In this document: piece by piece, positions 38,001 through 47,086 of the stretch | Layout: the number at the start of each line of letters is the position of its first letter | Numbering within the stretch: the stretch's first letter is position 1 | NCBI GenBank assembly: GCA_027334565.1 | Contig: DAHWUP010000001.1 | Coordinates: 94,726 to 158,725 of the forward strand | Direction: 5' to 3' | Origin: Candidatus Levyibacteriota bacterium | GTDB lineage: Bacteria > Patescibacteriota > Microgenomatia > Levybacterales > UBA12049 | Length of the DNA: 64,000 nucleotides | Made by a program: the position numbers and the translations under genes | Notes under the pieces: model-generated | What the model saw: the letters and a program-made list of their open reading frames with translations, nothing else | Told to the model about the DNA's origin: nothing | Database searches by the model: none

Positions 38001-39052
38001 TGGACATTTCCGACGGTGCTGATCAATCCGTAAATCGGGCCGATAATCGACATCATCATTCCTCCAACCAAAACGCCGACAACCACCAACATCAACGGCT
38101 CCAAGAGCGAAATAAGTGTTTTTAAGGTCGAACTGACCTGATAATCCATAAACTCCCCTATTTCCTGCATTGATTTGTCCAAAGTGCCGGTTCTTTCTCC
38201 CGCTTCGATGATCTTGATCGCGAGTCCCGGAAAGGCGGATTTTTTACCCTTGAATGCTTCGGAAAGTTTTTTGCCCGACTGAACGATTTCCTGCGCTTCC
38301 AAAATGATTTTCCGCATATCTTTTCGCATTACGACATCTTCTACCAACGTCAACGCCGAAGTAATGGTGATGCCCGAGCTAAGCAGCAAATACATGTTTC
38401 TGGAAAAACGGGTCAGATCGATTTCCCGTATCAGAGTCGATACCACTGGTAGGGAAAATAAAATATTGGTAATCCAATGACTTTTAAATTTAATAATTAA
38501 ATAAACGATCAAAAAAACGAGAAACAAACCGAGAAGAAAAGGTATCGTATCACGAATGAGGATATTTGACATAAATATCAATATTTGGGTCGGTAAAGGC
38601 AGCTTAACGTTTAGGGAAATAAATACGGTTGCGATTTTAGGCATCACTTCAACCAAGATCAAAACCATCACTGCTAAAAATAGAAAGAAAATCACAATCG
38701 GATAGGTCACTGCCGATTTGACATTATCGATGAATTCCATATCCTTTTGCAGTTGATCCTTCAAGTCGTTTAGAACAACCTCCAGGGTGCCCGCTTCCTC
38801 GGCGGCTTTGATGACATTAATCGTTACTTTGTTAAAGGTAGCGGGAAATTTGGAAAATGCCGTTGATAACGATTCGCCTTGAACCAGATCGTCTCTGACC
38901 GACTGGATTATCTTTTTACTGTTACCCTTGGAATCTTCCAAAAGCGAATCGATCACTTCAAGGATAGGAATTCCGGCCGAAATCATTGTAGATAAGGTGC
39001 TAAATAAACTTAATTTTTCGCTGTTGGAAATTTTTAAATTGCTGGTGCTCAT
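37997..39052 (-). CDS. pilC: Type IV pilus platform protein PilC/GspF
   Basis: LSTMISAGIPI, AEEAGTL, AVTYP, GERTGTLD, LLEP. Confidence 0.93.
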   Translation of the reverse strand: MSTSNLKISNSEKLSLFSTLSTMISAGIPILEVIDSLLEDSKGNSKKIIQSVRDDLVQGESLSTAFSKFPATFNKVTINVIKAAEEAGTLEVVLNDLKDQLQKDMEFIDNVKSAVTYPIVIFFLFLAVMVLILVEVMPKIATVFISLNVKLPLPTQILIFMSNILIRDTIPFLLGLFLVFLIVYLIIKFKSHWITNILFSLPVVSTLIREIDLTRFSRNMYLLLSSGITITSALTLVEDVVMRKDMRKIILEAQEIVQSGKKLSEAFKGKKSAFPGLAIKIIEAGERTGTLDKSMQEIGEFMDYQVSSTLKTLISLLEPLMLVVVGVLVGGMMMSIIGPIYGLISTVGNVQ

Positions 39053-40728
39053 ACTTTCTCAACCATGGTCACCCTAAGTACCTCCTCTATGGTGGTCAAT
39101 CCCTTGGCGATTTTGTCTACCCCGTCCTCCTGCATGGTCGTCATCCCCTCTTTTATCGCTTCTTTAGAGATGACGTCGGAATCGTTTTTTTCGGAGATCA
39201 ATTTTTTAATGGTTTCGGTCATCTCCAAAACCTCAAAAATTCCGATCCTTCCCAAATAACCCGTTTGATGGCAAAGCTTGCAACCTTTTCCTTTGGCTAC
39301 GATCAACTCGTCGTTTTTGGGAAAATATTTATCGAGAAGCTCAACCGGAATATTTCTTAGCATATCTTCTCTTTTAACGGTTATCTGAGCTTTGCAGGAC
39401 TCGCAAATTCGTCTTACCAGTCTTTGTCCGATGATCACGTTGACCGTTGAAGCAACCAAAAATGGCTCTATTTTCATATCAATAAGACGCGGCAAAGCAG
39501 TGGCCGCGTCGTTGGTATGAAGTGTCGAAACAACCAAATGGCCCGTCAATGCTGCGTTGACGGCAATTTCCGCCGTTTCGTCGTCCCTGATTTCTCCGAC
39601 AAAGATTACGTTCGGGTCCTGTCTTAAGATGCTTCTTAAACCGTTGGCAAAGGTCAAATTGGTTTTGACATTAACCTGGATTTGATTGACCCCTTTCATT
39701 CTGTATTCGATCGGGTCTTCAATTGTCGTGATATTTTTCTCTCTGGTATTTAAGATTTTAAGGATGGAATAAATGCTGGTGGTTTTTCCCGAACCCGTCG
39801 GTCCGGTGGAGAGTATCATTCCGAAAGATTTGTTGATCGCGGCGTTGACCTTTTTAAAATCATCTTCTTTCATTCCCAAATCCAATAAAGAAGAAGCCCG
39901 AAAATGCGAAGACAATAGACGAAGCACCGCCTTCTCCCCTTCCGCTATGGGTACTATCGAGACGCGAAGGTCCAAGTTATCGTCATCGACCATCATTCTG
40001 ATTTTCCCGTCCTGAGCACTTAAATGCTCATCGGTTCGAAGCCTGGACAAAATTTTGATACGGGTGATAATCCTGTCTGTCAATTTTTTATCAAGATACA
40101 ACATGTCGTGTAAAATTCCGTCGATCCTAAACCTGACCAAAAGGTCATTCTCCTCCGGTTCGATATGTATGTCGGACGCTTTATCCCTGTAGGCATAGGT
40201 GATCAACAAATCGACCATTTTGGCAATTGGCGCATCTTCCGATTCGACATTTTCTCCAACTTCTCTTTTTAAAAGGTCGTCAAACGTCTGCTGTAGATCT
40301 TTTCTGTAAAGCTGAAGGGTATTCTCAACGTCTCTTCCCGTAGCGTAATATGGGACCACCTTAAGTCTGGTTTTCCGTTCGATCATGTCTATGAGCTCTT
40401 TGTTGGTCGGGTCTACCATCGCCAACATCAGTCCGTCTTCGCTTTTGGCGAATGCGACCACCTTGAATTTTCTGGCGATTCTTTCCGGGATTATCGAAAA
40501 GATATTTTCGGGGATCGCGGTTTTAGCAAGGTAAATAAACGGATACTTTAAAAAATTGGCTATCAGGATTCCCAGGTTCTCGTCCGAAATCGCATCTTTT
40601 TCAATAGCGGCCTCCTGAAGAGGAGTTCTGGCATTTTTGGAAAATTCTTCCAAGGTGGCAAGGGTTTCTTTATTGACTTGACCCGATTGTAACAACAGGT
40701 TTTTCACCTGTTCGTTGGACAGTAACAT
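39049..40728 (-). CDS. pilB: Type IV pilus assembly ATPase PilB/GspE
   Basis: ASDIHIEP, TGPTGSGKTT, TIEDPIEY, LRQDP, GEIRD, TGHLVVSTLHTND, CxxC pairs. Confidence 0.95.
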   Translation of the reverse strand: MLLSNEQVKNLLLQSGQVNKETLATLEEFSKNARTPLQEAAIEKDAISDENLGILIANFLKYPFIYLAKTAIPENIFSIIPERIARKFKVVAFAKSEDGLMLAMVDPTNKELIDMIERKTRLKVVPYYATGRDVENTLQLYRKDLQQTFDDLLKREVGENVESEDAPIAKMVDLLITYAYRDKASDIHIEPEENDLLVRFRIDGILHDMLYLDKKLTDRIITRIKILSRLRTDEHLSAQDGKIRMMVDDDNLDLRVSIVPIAEGEKAVLRLLSSHFRASSLLDLGMKEDDFKKVNAAINKSFGMILSTGPTGSGKTTSIYSILKILNTREKNITTIEDPIEYRMKGVNQIQVNVKTNLTFANGLRSILRQDPNVIFVGEIRDDETAEIAVNAALTGHLVVSTLHTNDAATALPRLIDMKIEPFLVASTVNVIIGQRLVRRICESCKAQITVKREDMLRNIPVELLDKYFPKNDELIVAKGKGCKLCHQTGYLGRIGIFEVLEMTETIKKLISEKNDSDVISKEAIKEGMTTMQEDGVDKIAKGLTTIEEVLRVTMVEKV

Positions 40729-40778
40729 ACTATTATTATAGTAGCAAAATCTTGTGGTTTATTAAAGCTGTCAACGGT

Positions 40779-40901
40779 TCAACGCCGGGTTAGAAGAAAT
40801 CCCAATACCGCGATCAAAATTCCAATACCGGCAATTCCCGTGCCGATGGCTAAATATTTAAATACAATGTATAAGGATTCCCGTTTTTGGTCACTCGCCA
40901 T
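40779..40901 (-). CDS. 40-aa single-TM microprotein
   Basis: MASDQKRESLYIVFKYLAIGTGIAGIGILIAVLGFLLTRR; TATCAT 7 nt before the ATG. Confidence 0.6.
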   Translation of the reverse strand: MASDQKRESLYIVFKYLAIGTGIAGIGILIAVLGFLLTRR

Positions 40902-40962
40902 AAAATTTATGATATGGATTCACAACCGAATTATTGCAGAAAAAAGTTCAAATTGTCAAAGT

Positions 40963-42708
40963 TTACTTCGGTAACCTTAAGACGTGTAAATTAAGCGGAC
41001 GGTTTTGCATTATCGCATTATATACACCCGGAATTTCGGGGTCGGTCTTATCAAGCACATAAGCGTTGACCACGGCCTGTTTGGCAAGATTAACATTTTT
41101 GTTTTCGTACGAAATTATTGCCAAGTATAACCAAAGCTTGGAATCATTGGGAAATTTTTTAAGGCCCTGCTCGATGATCCTTAAGTTATCCTGATAATCA
41201 CCACTTACCAAAGTAAGTCCGCCCAGGTCTTCATAGACAATGTAATAATCGCCGTACCTTAGCGCATTTAAATAAGCGTCCTTTGCCTTTTGATAATCAC
41301 CCAAACCGACATACAGTTCTCCCAAATTGTCAAGATTGGAAAAATAAGGATATAAAGCGACAGACCGTTCAAGATGCACTTTTGCCTGACTCAACTTTCT
41401 CTGTTTCATAAGCTCCAATCCCAAAACGCTTTCAAGCGAAAACGAATCGTCGGAGGTCATAACGTCATGGGTATACAAGGTCATGTTATCTTCAAAATCC
41501 AAACCTCTTATAAAAGTTTTTGCCGAAAGAACTATCAACATAATAAGAATGACTGCCGTGATCCATTTGTTCATTAACCGAATTTTAAAAGCTTCAAGCA
41601 TCACGCCCGCCATTCCCAAAAGCCCTACCGCCGGAAAATAGAACCAGCGGTCCGCAACGGTTTGATCGAGCGGAAAAATCTGCAGATGGAACAGAATCCC
41701 GAGCATTAGCCAACTGACAAAAAACAGATAAATCGTGAGATATTTTATCGAGTTTTTTTTATAAAGCAAATACGCCCCGCCGAAGATAAAAAACAAAAAA
41801 ATAAAATCAATTGCGATGGGTATGAAAAAATGATCTATGGAGATCTGCCGGTAGATCCACTGATAGGATATCGCGAAACTACCGGGCCAAAAAAAAGTAT
41901 TTAGATAAAAAAGGACTATTGCCGGTGCGTTTAAAAGTCTTACGAATATACCTAATTTATCGATAGGAGAGTTAGTAGCAGCCGTAAGAAGTCCTATCGA
42001 ATTCGTCCGAAGAAGTAGATAAATTACGGTTAGGACAACCGACGATATGAAAGTCATCGGAAAATATTTACGGTTGAAAATAAAAAGGAAAATCAGGCTT
42101 AAGATAATAAATAGTATTCCGGTTTCTTTGGAAAAAAGTGAAAACATAAAAAGCGGGATAACGTATAGAAGTGATTTTTTCGATTTCATGTTCGAGACAG
42201 CATGTACCGCCAAGATCCCGAAGAAAAAAAATAATGTGTCCTGCATCGCGGAAATATACAGGGCCGATTCGCTGTTAATCGGATGCAATAAAAAAACCAG
42301 CGATAGTAAAAATGAGTATGTTTTTTTAAAGAAGCGGCTAAAGAATAAGAACAAGATGCAGGTATTTAAAATATGCAGAAAAACTTGAATAAGATGAAAA
42401 ACAAAAGGATTGGGACCGAACAGACTGTATTCTATCGCAAAGGCCGAGGTTAAAAGAGGTTTGTAATAAACGCCGATCAACCTGTTCGAGCCGTTGTAGA
42501 ATGTTCCTCCGGCAAAAAATTGCGGGATATTAAAAACCGTATGTGCGCTTGTGTTTTGGACTATTTGCGAAAAATCATCCCCGACAAAGCCGTTGAATAA
42601 GCTATTGAAAAAAACTGCAAATCCGAGAAGAAAGATAAAAATGATTGCTTTTTTTGTGGTTAGAGGAAGAAACAAACCTTTAAACGTTACCTCGTCGTCT
42701 TTTTTCAT
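40963..42708 (-). CDS. TMTC-like GT-C glycosyltransferase with C-terminal TPRs
   Basis: FVGDDFSQIVQN, YYKPL, HPINSES, FSKETG, ADRWFYFP, TPR helices. Confidence 0.85.
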   Translation of the reverse strand: MKKDDEVTFKGLFLPLTTKKAIIFIFLLGFAVFFNSLFNGFVGDDFSQIVQNTSAHTVFNIPQFFAGGTFYNGSNRLIGVYYKPLLTSAFAIEYSLFGPNPFVFHLIQVFLHILNTCILFLFFSRFFKKTYSFLLSLVFLLHPINSESALYISAMQDTLFFFFGILAVHAVSNMKSKKSLLYVIPLFMFSLFSKETGILFIILSLIFLFIFNRKYFPMTFISSVVLTVIYLLLRTNSIGLLTAATNSPIDKLGIFVRLLNAPAIVLFYLNTFFWPGSFAISYQWIYRQISIDHFFIPIAIDFIFLFFIFGGAYLLYKKNSIKYLTIYLFFVSWLMLGILFHLQIFPLDQTVADRWFYFPAVGLLGMAGVMLEAFKIRLMNKWITAVILIMLIVLSAKTFIRGLDFEDNMTLYTHDVMTSDDSFSLESVLGLELMKQRKLSQAKVHLERSVALYPYFSNLDNLGELYVGLGDYQKAKDAYLNALRYGDYYIVYEDLGGLTLVSGDYQDNLRIIEQGLKKFPNDSKLWLYLAIISYENKNVNLAKQAVVNAYVLDKTDPEIPGVYNAIMQNRPLNLHVLRLPK

Positions 42709-42850
42709 GAATTGATACTAACACCGGAAAATTTAAAACACAATGAGGTTAAGGAAAGGAAGACAAATTTAATCCGGGTAATGACACTTTTTGAAATGTT
42801 ATACAAATAGGATACCACATTTTTACCGTAAATTAATTATTAAAAATTAA

Positions 42851-42884
42851 CATAAGGCTCCGTTCTTTCGAAAGGAGCCCTATG
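42851..42884 (-). terminator. hsp20 terminator
   Basis: CATA-G-GGCTCC...GGAGCC-T-TATG followed by TTAATTTTT on the minus strand. Confidence 0.65.
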
Positions 42885-42898
42885 TATAAAATGGGTAT

Positions 42899-43324
42899 TT
42901 AACCTTCAGATTTGAACTGAATTTTTTTCGGTTGTAATTTCGGAGACTTAACAAATGTAACTCTCATTACACCATGCTTATAAGAAGCAGTTGGCTCTTG
43001 ATTGTTATCAATTTCTCCAGGAACAGCCGCTCTGTAAGAAAAAGATTTTACTGAATGCCTGTAGTATTTCCTATTTTTATCTTTTTCCTCTTCCTTTTCT
43101 TCACCTCTAATCCAAAGGTAACCATCTTGAAAAGTTAATTCAATATTTTTTGGGTCTATTCCCGGAAGCGCTGCTTCAATATAAACATTTTTCTCATCTT
43201 CCGATACCGATAAACCACTTGGGCTTGAAGAGGTAGTTAACCATTCATCATCTTCATTCCAAATAGAAGGTATTCTTAATGATGGAAATGAAAATATATT
43301 GCTAGGAACAAGATCAAATGCCAT
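42899..43324 (-). CDS. Small heat-shock protein (Hsp20)
   Basis: EAALPGIDP, IRGE, ASYKHGVMRVT; SD AAGGAGGTGA. Confidence 0.93.
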   Translation of the reverse strand: MAFDLVPSNIFSFPSLRIPSIWNEDDEWLTTSSSPSGLSVSEDEKNVYIEAALPGIDPKNIELTFQDGYLWIRGEEKEEEKDKNRKYYRHSVKSFSYRAAVPGEIDNNQEPTASYKHGVMRVTFVKSPKLQPKKIQFKSEG

Positions 43325-43349
43325 TTCTATTCACCTCCTTCCTGTAATA

Positions 43350-43387
43350 TTAGCAATAATATACAACGACTGCTAATATTTTGTCAA
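43350..43387 (-). promoter_or_regulatory. CIRCE-like inverted repeat overlapping the hsp20 promoter
   Basis: Minus strand TTAGCAGTC-N9-TATTGCTAA (43376-43350) vs consensus TTAGCACTC-N9-GAGTGCTAA; TTGACA-N18-TATATT. Confidence 0.7.
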
Positions 43388-43456
43388 GAGGTTTTGGCAA
43401 ATTTTAGGTGATTAATAATTTTTGAAATACTATCAATAGAAAATTGCAAATACAAT

Positions 43457-43861
43457 CTATAATTTTCGATTTAAATATGTGACGTTTAATTGTAATATGG
43501 TCGCAAAACCTACCCATAAAAGGTATGGAATTTGAAGATAAGCAATCCAAGCAGCGTATGGATAAATTACCCAAATTAACCACAGCAATGACAATAAAAC
43601 CAAGATAATGTCTACTGCCGCCAAAAAATTATTTTTAAGTCCAAACTGTAATGGAGTAAATGAAAAATTAAATATTAAATTTAGTACAAAAGGTAAAACT
43701 AAAACCAATGGCAATTTTCCTGTAGCCACTTGATAAAAAACAAAACCAAAAGATATGAAAATTTGTATGTATAATACCGTCCACACAGGACCAAATAACC
43801 AATTTGGTGGAGCCCAACTGGGTTTTTTCAAAGTTTTATACCATTTAAAAGTATTGTTCAT
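43457..43861 (-). CDS. tspO: TspO/MBR tryptophan-rich sensory protein
   Basis: WYKTLKKPSWAPPNWLFGPVWTVLY, PYLLWVGFATILQ. Confidence 0.92.
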   Translation of the reverse strand: MNNTFKWYKTLKKPSWAPPNWLFGPVWTVLYIQIFISFGFVFYQVATGKLPLVLVLPFVLNLIFNFSFTPLQFGLKNNFLAAVDIILVLLSLLWLIWVIYPYAAWIAYLQIPYLLWVGFATILQLNVTYLNRKL

Positions 43862-44044
43862 AAAAATATTGTAACAAATATTAAATTGATAATTTTCTAA
43901 TGACTTAAGACAAATCTTAAAACCATATGGTCACCGATGATTACAAACTAAAACTTATAGGAATTTTTATTCAATAAAATATTAACAATTTTGGTAAATT
44001 TTATGAGGCTAAGAAAATAAGTCTATGTGGCATTAAAAAGTAGC

Positions 44045-44070
44045 GATTAGATTGTCAAATCAATCTAATC
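44045..44070 (-). terminator. Hairpin at the secA stop
   Basis: Perfect 10-bp inverted repeat GATTAGATTG-N6-CAATCTAATC; T-run 6 nt downstream. Confidence 0.5.
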
Positions 44071-46777
44071 AATTAGGATAATGACATTTTTTATACTTCT
44101 TCCCGGAACCACACCAGCATGGGTCATTTCTTCCCAGTTTCTTTTTACCCGAAGTCATACCTGACGAATTTGAAGAAGTACCGACCGTGTTCGCCGAACC
44201 CGTCGAAACTTCGCTTGCCTGGTTTGAACCGGCCGCTTGTTCCGTCACATGCTGATGCTGCTCCCGGGCAGGCGTCGGAGCCTGCAACTGGATCTTGTAA
44301 ATGCGGTGCACTATCTCATCGTCGATCCCGTTTACCAATTGTTCAAACATTGTGAACGCTTCATTTTTGTACTCAACCAAAGGGTCCCTTTGTCCGTAAC
44401 CGCGAAGACCGATACCCTGTCTCAGATTTTCAATCGCATCCAGATGATCTACCCATAAGTTGTCTATAACGGATAGCGAAACGAATTTTTCGATTTGTCT
44501 GGTTAAGTCCGGGCCGACCTGTTTTTCGCGCTGCTGATAGATGTCGTCGGCAATTTTTGTCAAAAATTCAATTTTCTGGTCTGTCATCGAAATCTGCTCA
44601 AGTTGCGTTTTGATCTGTGCAAGGGAATTCTCGTCGAAGGGAATGATGGTGGCAAATTCCGTAACAATCTGCTCAAGCGGAGACTGCAGTGCGTAATTTT
44701 CCGAATTCAGCGAAACGCTTGCGGAAATCGCATTGCGTATTTTCTCTTTGATCTCGTTTTCAAGTTCCTCGGACTTTTCATCAGCCCTTAGTACTCCCTG
44801 ACGCCTTGCGTAAATTATTTCCCTTTGTTTATTCAAGACGTCGTCATAATCTACCAGGTGCTTCCTGATATCGAAATTATACCCTTCAACTTTTATTTGC
44901 GCCTGCTCTATCGCCTTGGTCACCAGTGGATGCGATAACGGCACGTCCTCGGGCATATTAAACCGGGTCATTAATCCCGAGATGGTGTCACCGCCGAAAA
45001 GCCGCATGATGTCATCGTCAAGCGCAACAAAGAATTGTGATTTACCCGGATCTCCCTGACGCCCGGATCTGCCTCTTAACTGATTATCTATTCTTCGCGA
45101 CTCGTGTCTTTCCGTACCGATAACAAAAAGTCCACCCAATTTTAAGACTTCCCCGTGGCGTTTTTCCCAAGAGTCCCATTCTTTGGTTCCGCGTTTCTCG
45201 GTACCGTCATCGTTTTTCGGCGTTTCACCACCCAAAATAATGTCGACTCCCCGTCCTGCCATGTTTGTTGCTACCGTCACCGCACCTTTCTCTCCTGCTT
45301 TGGCTATTATCTCAGCCTCCCTTTCGTGATTCTTGGCATTTAATACCTCGTGTTTTATTCCTTTTCGACGAAGGAGTTCGGAGATTATTTCATTTTTTTC
45401 GATGGATGTCGTTCCCACCAAAACCGGTTGACCGTCCTTATGCGCTTTTTCGATTTCCGATGCGACTGCAGAATATTTGGCCCGCGCAGTTTTATAAATT
45501 GCGTCCGACAGGTCTTTTCTTATCATCTCTTTATTTGTCGGAATGACAACAACGTCAAGCTCATAGATCTTATGGAATTCTTCCGCTTCGGTCACTGCCG
45601 TTCCGGTCATTCCGGCCAAGCGCTCATACATTCTGAAGTAATTCTGGAGAGATACCGTCGCCAACGTTTTCGATTCTTTTTGTATCGCAACCCCTTCTTT
45701 TGCTTCGATCGCCTGGTGCAAACCTTCCGAAAGTCTTCGACCGACCATCAATCTTCCCGTGAACTCGTCGACCAATATGACCTCACCGTCTTTAACGATA
45801 TAATCTTTTTCCTTATGAAAAAGCGTTCTGGCTTTAAGTGCCGCTTCAAGATGATACACCGTATCAAAATCTTTTTCATAAATATTGGCAATGCCATAAA
45901 TCTTTTCTATTTTACCGATCCCGTGTTCGGTCAAATGCGCCGTTCGTAATTTCTCATCGATTTTATAATCGATTTCTGGAGTTAATTTATCAACCAATTT
46001 TGCGTATTCGTAATATTTCTGGGTGGGCGCCTCATCCGGCATGGAAATTATATGCGGTGTCCTTGCCTCATCGATCAAAACCGAATCTACCTCGTCGACG
46101 ATCGCGTAATAAAACCCCCGCTGAACCAGACTATTTAAATCCTGCGCCATATTGTCCCTAAGATAATCGAAACCAAACTCCGAATTTATTCCGTAAACAA
46201 TGTCCTTTTGGTAAGCTTCGTTTCTGGTGACCGGCCTAAGGTGCATCAAGCGAAAATCTGTCACCTGGTTGTTTTTAAATGCGGGATCGTAAACAAAAGA
46301 CTCTTCGCTGATGATCGAGGCGACCGACATTCCCAAAAAATCAAAAATCGGTCCCATCCAACCCGCGTCTCGTCTTGCCAGATAATCGTTTACTGTTACC
46401 AGATGCACGTTTTTACCGGTTAAAGCATGAAGGTATAAGGCCGGTGTTGCCGACAGAGTTTTTCCTTCTCCCGTTTTTTGTTCCGCGATCCTTCCCAAAG
46501 CCAAAGTTATACCGGCGATCATCTGTACGTCAAAATGTCTCTGCCCGATGGTTCTTTTTGCCGCCTCCCGGACCAGGGCAAATGCTTCCGGGATCAAATG
46601 CTCTAACGGTTCACCTTCAGCCAGTCTTTCTTTAAACTCCTGAGTTTTTTTGGGAAAATCCTTGTCTTTTAATTTTTGGGTTTCGGGTTCCAAACCATTT
46701 ATCTTTTCCAAAAGCGGTAGGATTTTTTGGATCTCCTTTTCGTTCGAATCGAATAATTTACCGAAAATATTTAACAT
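44069..46777 (-). CDS. secA: Protein translocase ATPase SecA
   Basis: TGEGKT, DEVDS, ATNMAGRG, QLRGRSGRQGDPG, SEC-C GRNDPCWCGSGKKYKKCH. Confidence 0.98.
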   Translation of the reverse strand: MLNIFGKLFDSNEKEIQKILPLLEKINGLEPETQKLKDKDFPKKTQEFKERLAEGEPLEHLIPEAFALVREAAKRTIGQRHFDVQMIAGITLALGRIAEQKTGEGKTLSATPALYLHALTGKNVHLVTVNDYLARRDAGWMGPIFDFLGMSVASIISEESFVYDPAFKNNQVTDFRLMHLRPVTRNEAYQKDIVYGINSEFGFDYLRDNMAQDLNSLVQRGFYYAIVDEVDSVLIDEARTPHIISMPDEAPTQKYYEYAKLVDKLTPEIDYKIDEKLRTAHLTEHGIGKIEKIYGIANIYEKDFDTVYHLEAALKARTLFHKEKDYIVKDGEVILVDEFTGRLMVGRRLSEGLHQAIEAKEGVAIQKESKTLATVSLQNYFRMYERLAGMTGTAVTEAEEFHKIYELDVVVIPTNKEMIRKDLSDAIYKTARAKYSAVASEIEKAHKDGQPVLVGTTSIEKNEIISELLRRKGIKHEVLNAKNHEREAEIIAKAGEKGAVTVATNMAGRGVDIILGGETPKNDDGTEKRGTKEWDSWEKRHGEVLKLGGLFVIGTERHESRRIDNQLRGRSGRQGDPGKSQFFVALDDDIMRLFGGDTISGLMTRFNMPEDVPLSHPLVTKAIEQAQIKVEGYNFDIRKHLVDYDDVLNKQREIIYARRQGVLRADEKSEELENEIKEKIRNAISASVSLNSENYALQSPLEQIVTEFATIIPFDENSLAQIKTQLEQISMTDQKIEFLTKIADDIYQQREKQVGPDLTRQIEKFVSLSVIDNLWVDHLDAIENLRQGIGLRGYGQRDPLVEYKNEAFTMFEQLVNGIDDEIVHRIYKIQLQAPTPAREQHQHVTEQAAGSNQASEVSTGSANTVGTSSNSSGMTSGKKKLGRNDPCWCGSGKKYKKCHYPN

Positions 46778-46818
46778 AAAATGCAGATACTACATTCAAT
46801 TTTATCATAATTTTGCTT

Positions 46819-46850
46819 AAAAAATCCCCTAACCAAAGGCTAGGGGATTT
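46819..46850 (-). terminator. Intrinsic terminator closing the poly-Lys micro-ORF unit
   Basis: AAATCCCCTAGCC-TTT-GGTTAGGGGATTT-TTT. Confidence 0.85.
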
Positions 46851-46902
46851 AAACCAATTGATCAACTGGTAATAATTGGTAATGCTCCAAATTACTTACC
46901 AA

Positions 46903-46932
46903 CTATTTCTTCTTCTTCTTTTTCTTTGCCAT
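46903..46932 (-). CDS. 9-aa poly-lysine peptide MAKKKKKKK
   Basis: ATG GCA AAG AAA AAG AAG AAG AAG AAA TAG; perfect SD TAAGGAGGTGA (46950-46940) 7 nt upstream. Confidence 0.7.
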   Translation of the reverse strand: MAKKKKKKK

Positions 46933-46996
46933 GGACCAATCACCTCCTTAATAAATACGATTCAACTTTAAAAAAAGATGAATGATAATTAACTTT

Positions 46997-47025
46997 ATCA
47001 TGAAATATTTTACACGGGTTGTCAA
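46997..47025 (-). promoter_or_regulatory. Candidate promoter of the poly-Lys unit, TTGACA-N17-CATGAT
   Basis: Consensus -35; -10 has mismatches to TATAAT. Confidence 0.5.
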
Positions 47026-47086
47026 GATTTTTTCATAGCTTCAAATTGATACGTTTAGATTGATTTAAAGACAAAAATTACAGAAG

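Noticed and set aside
42720-42850. AT-rich spacers (also 43870-44040) as ncRNA or tRNA
   Set aside because: No cloverleaf, T-loop or recognisable riboswitch motif; only tiny unsupported ORFs
46903-46932. Poly-Lys ORF as a SecM-like secretion monitor
   Set aside because: No signal sequence and too short to leave the exit tunnel; secA has its own candidate -10 after the terminator, and no clear antiterminator was found
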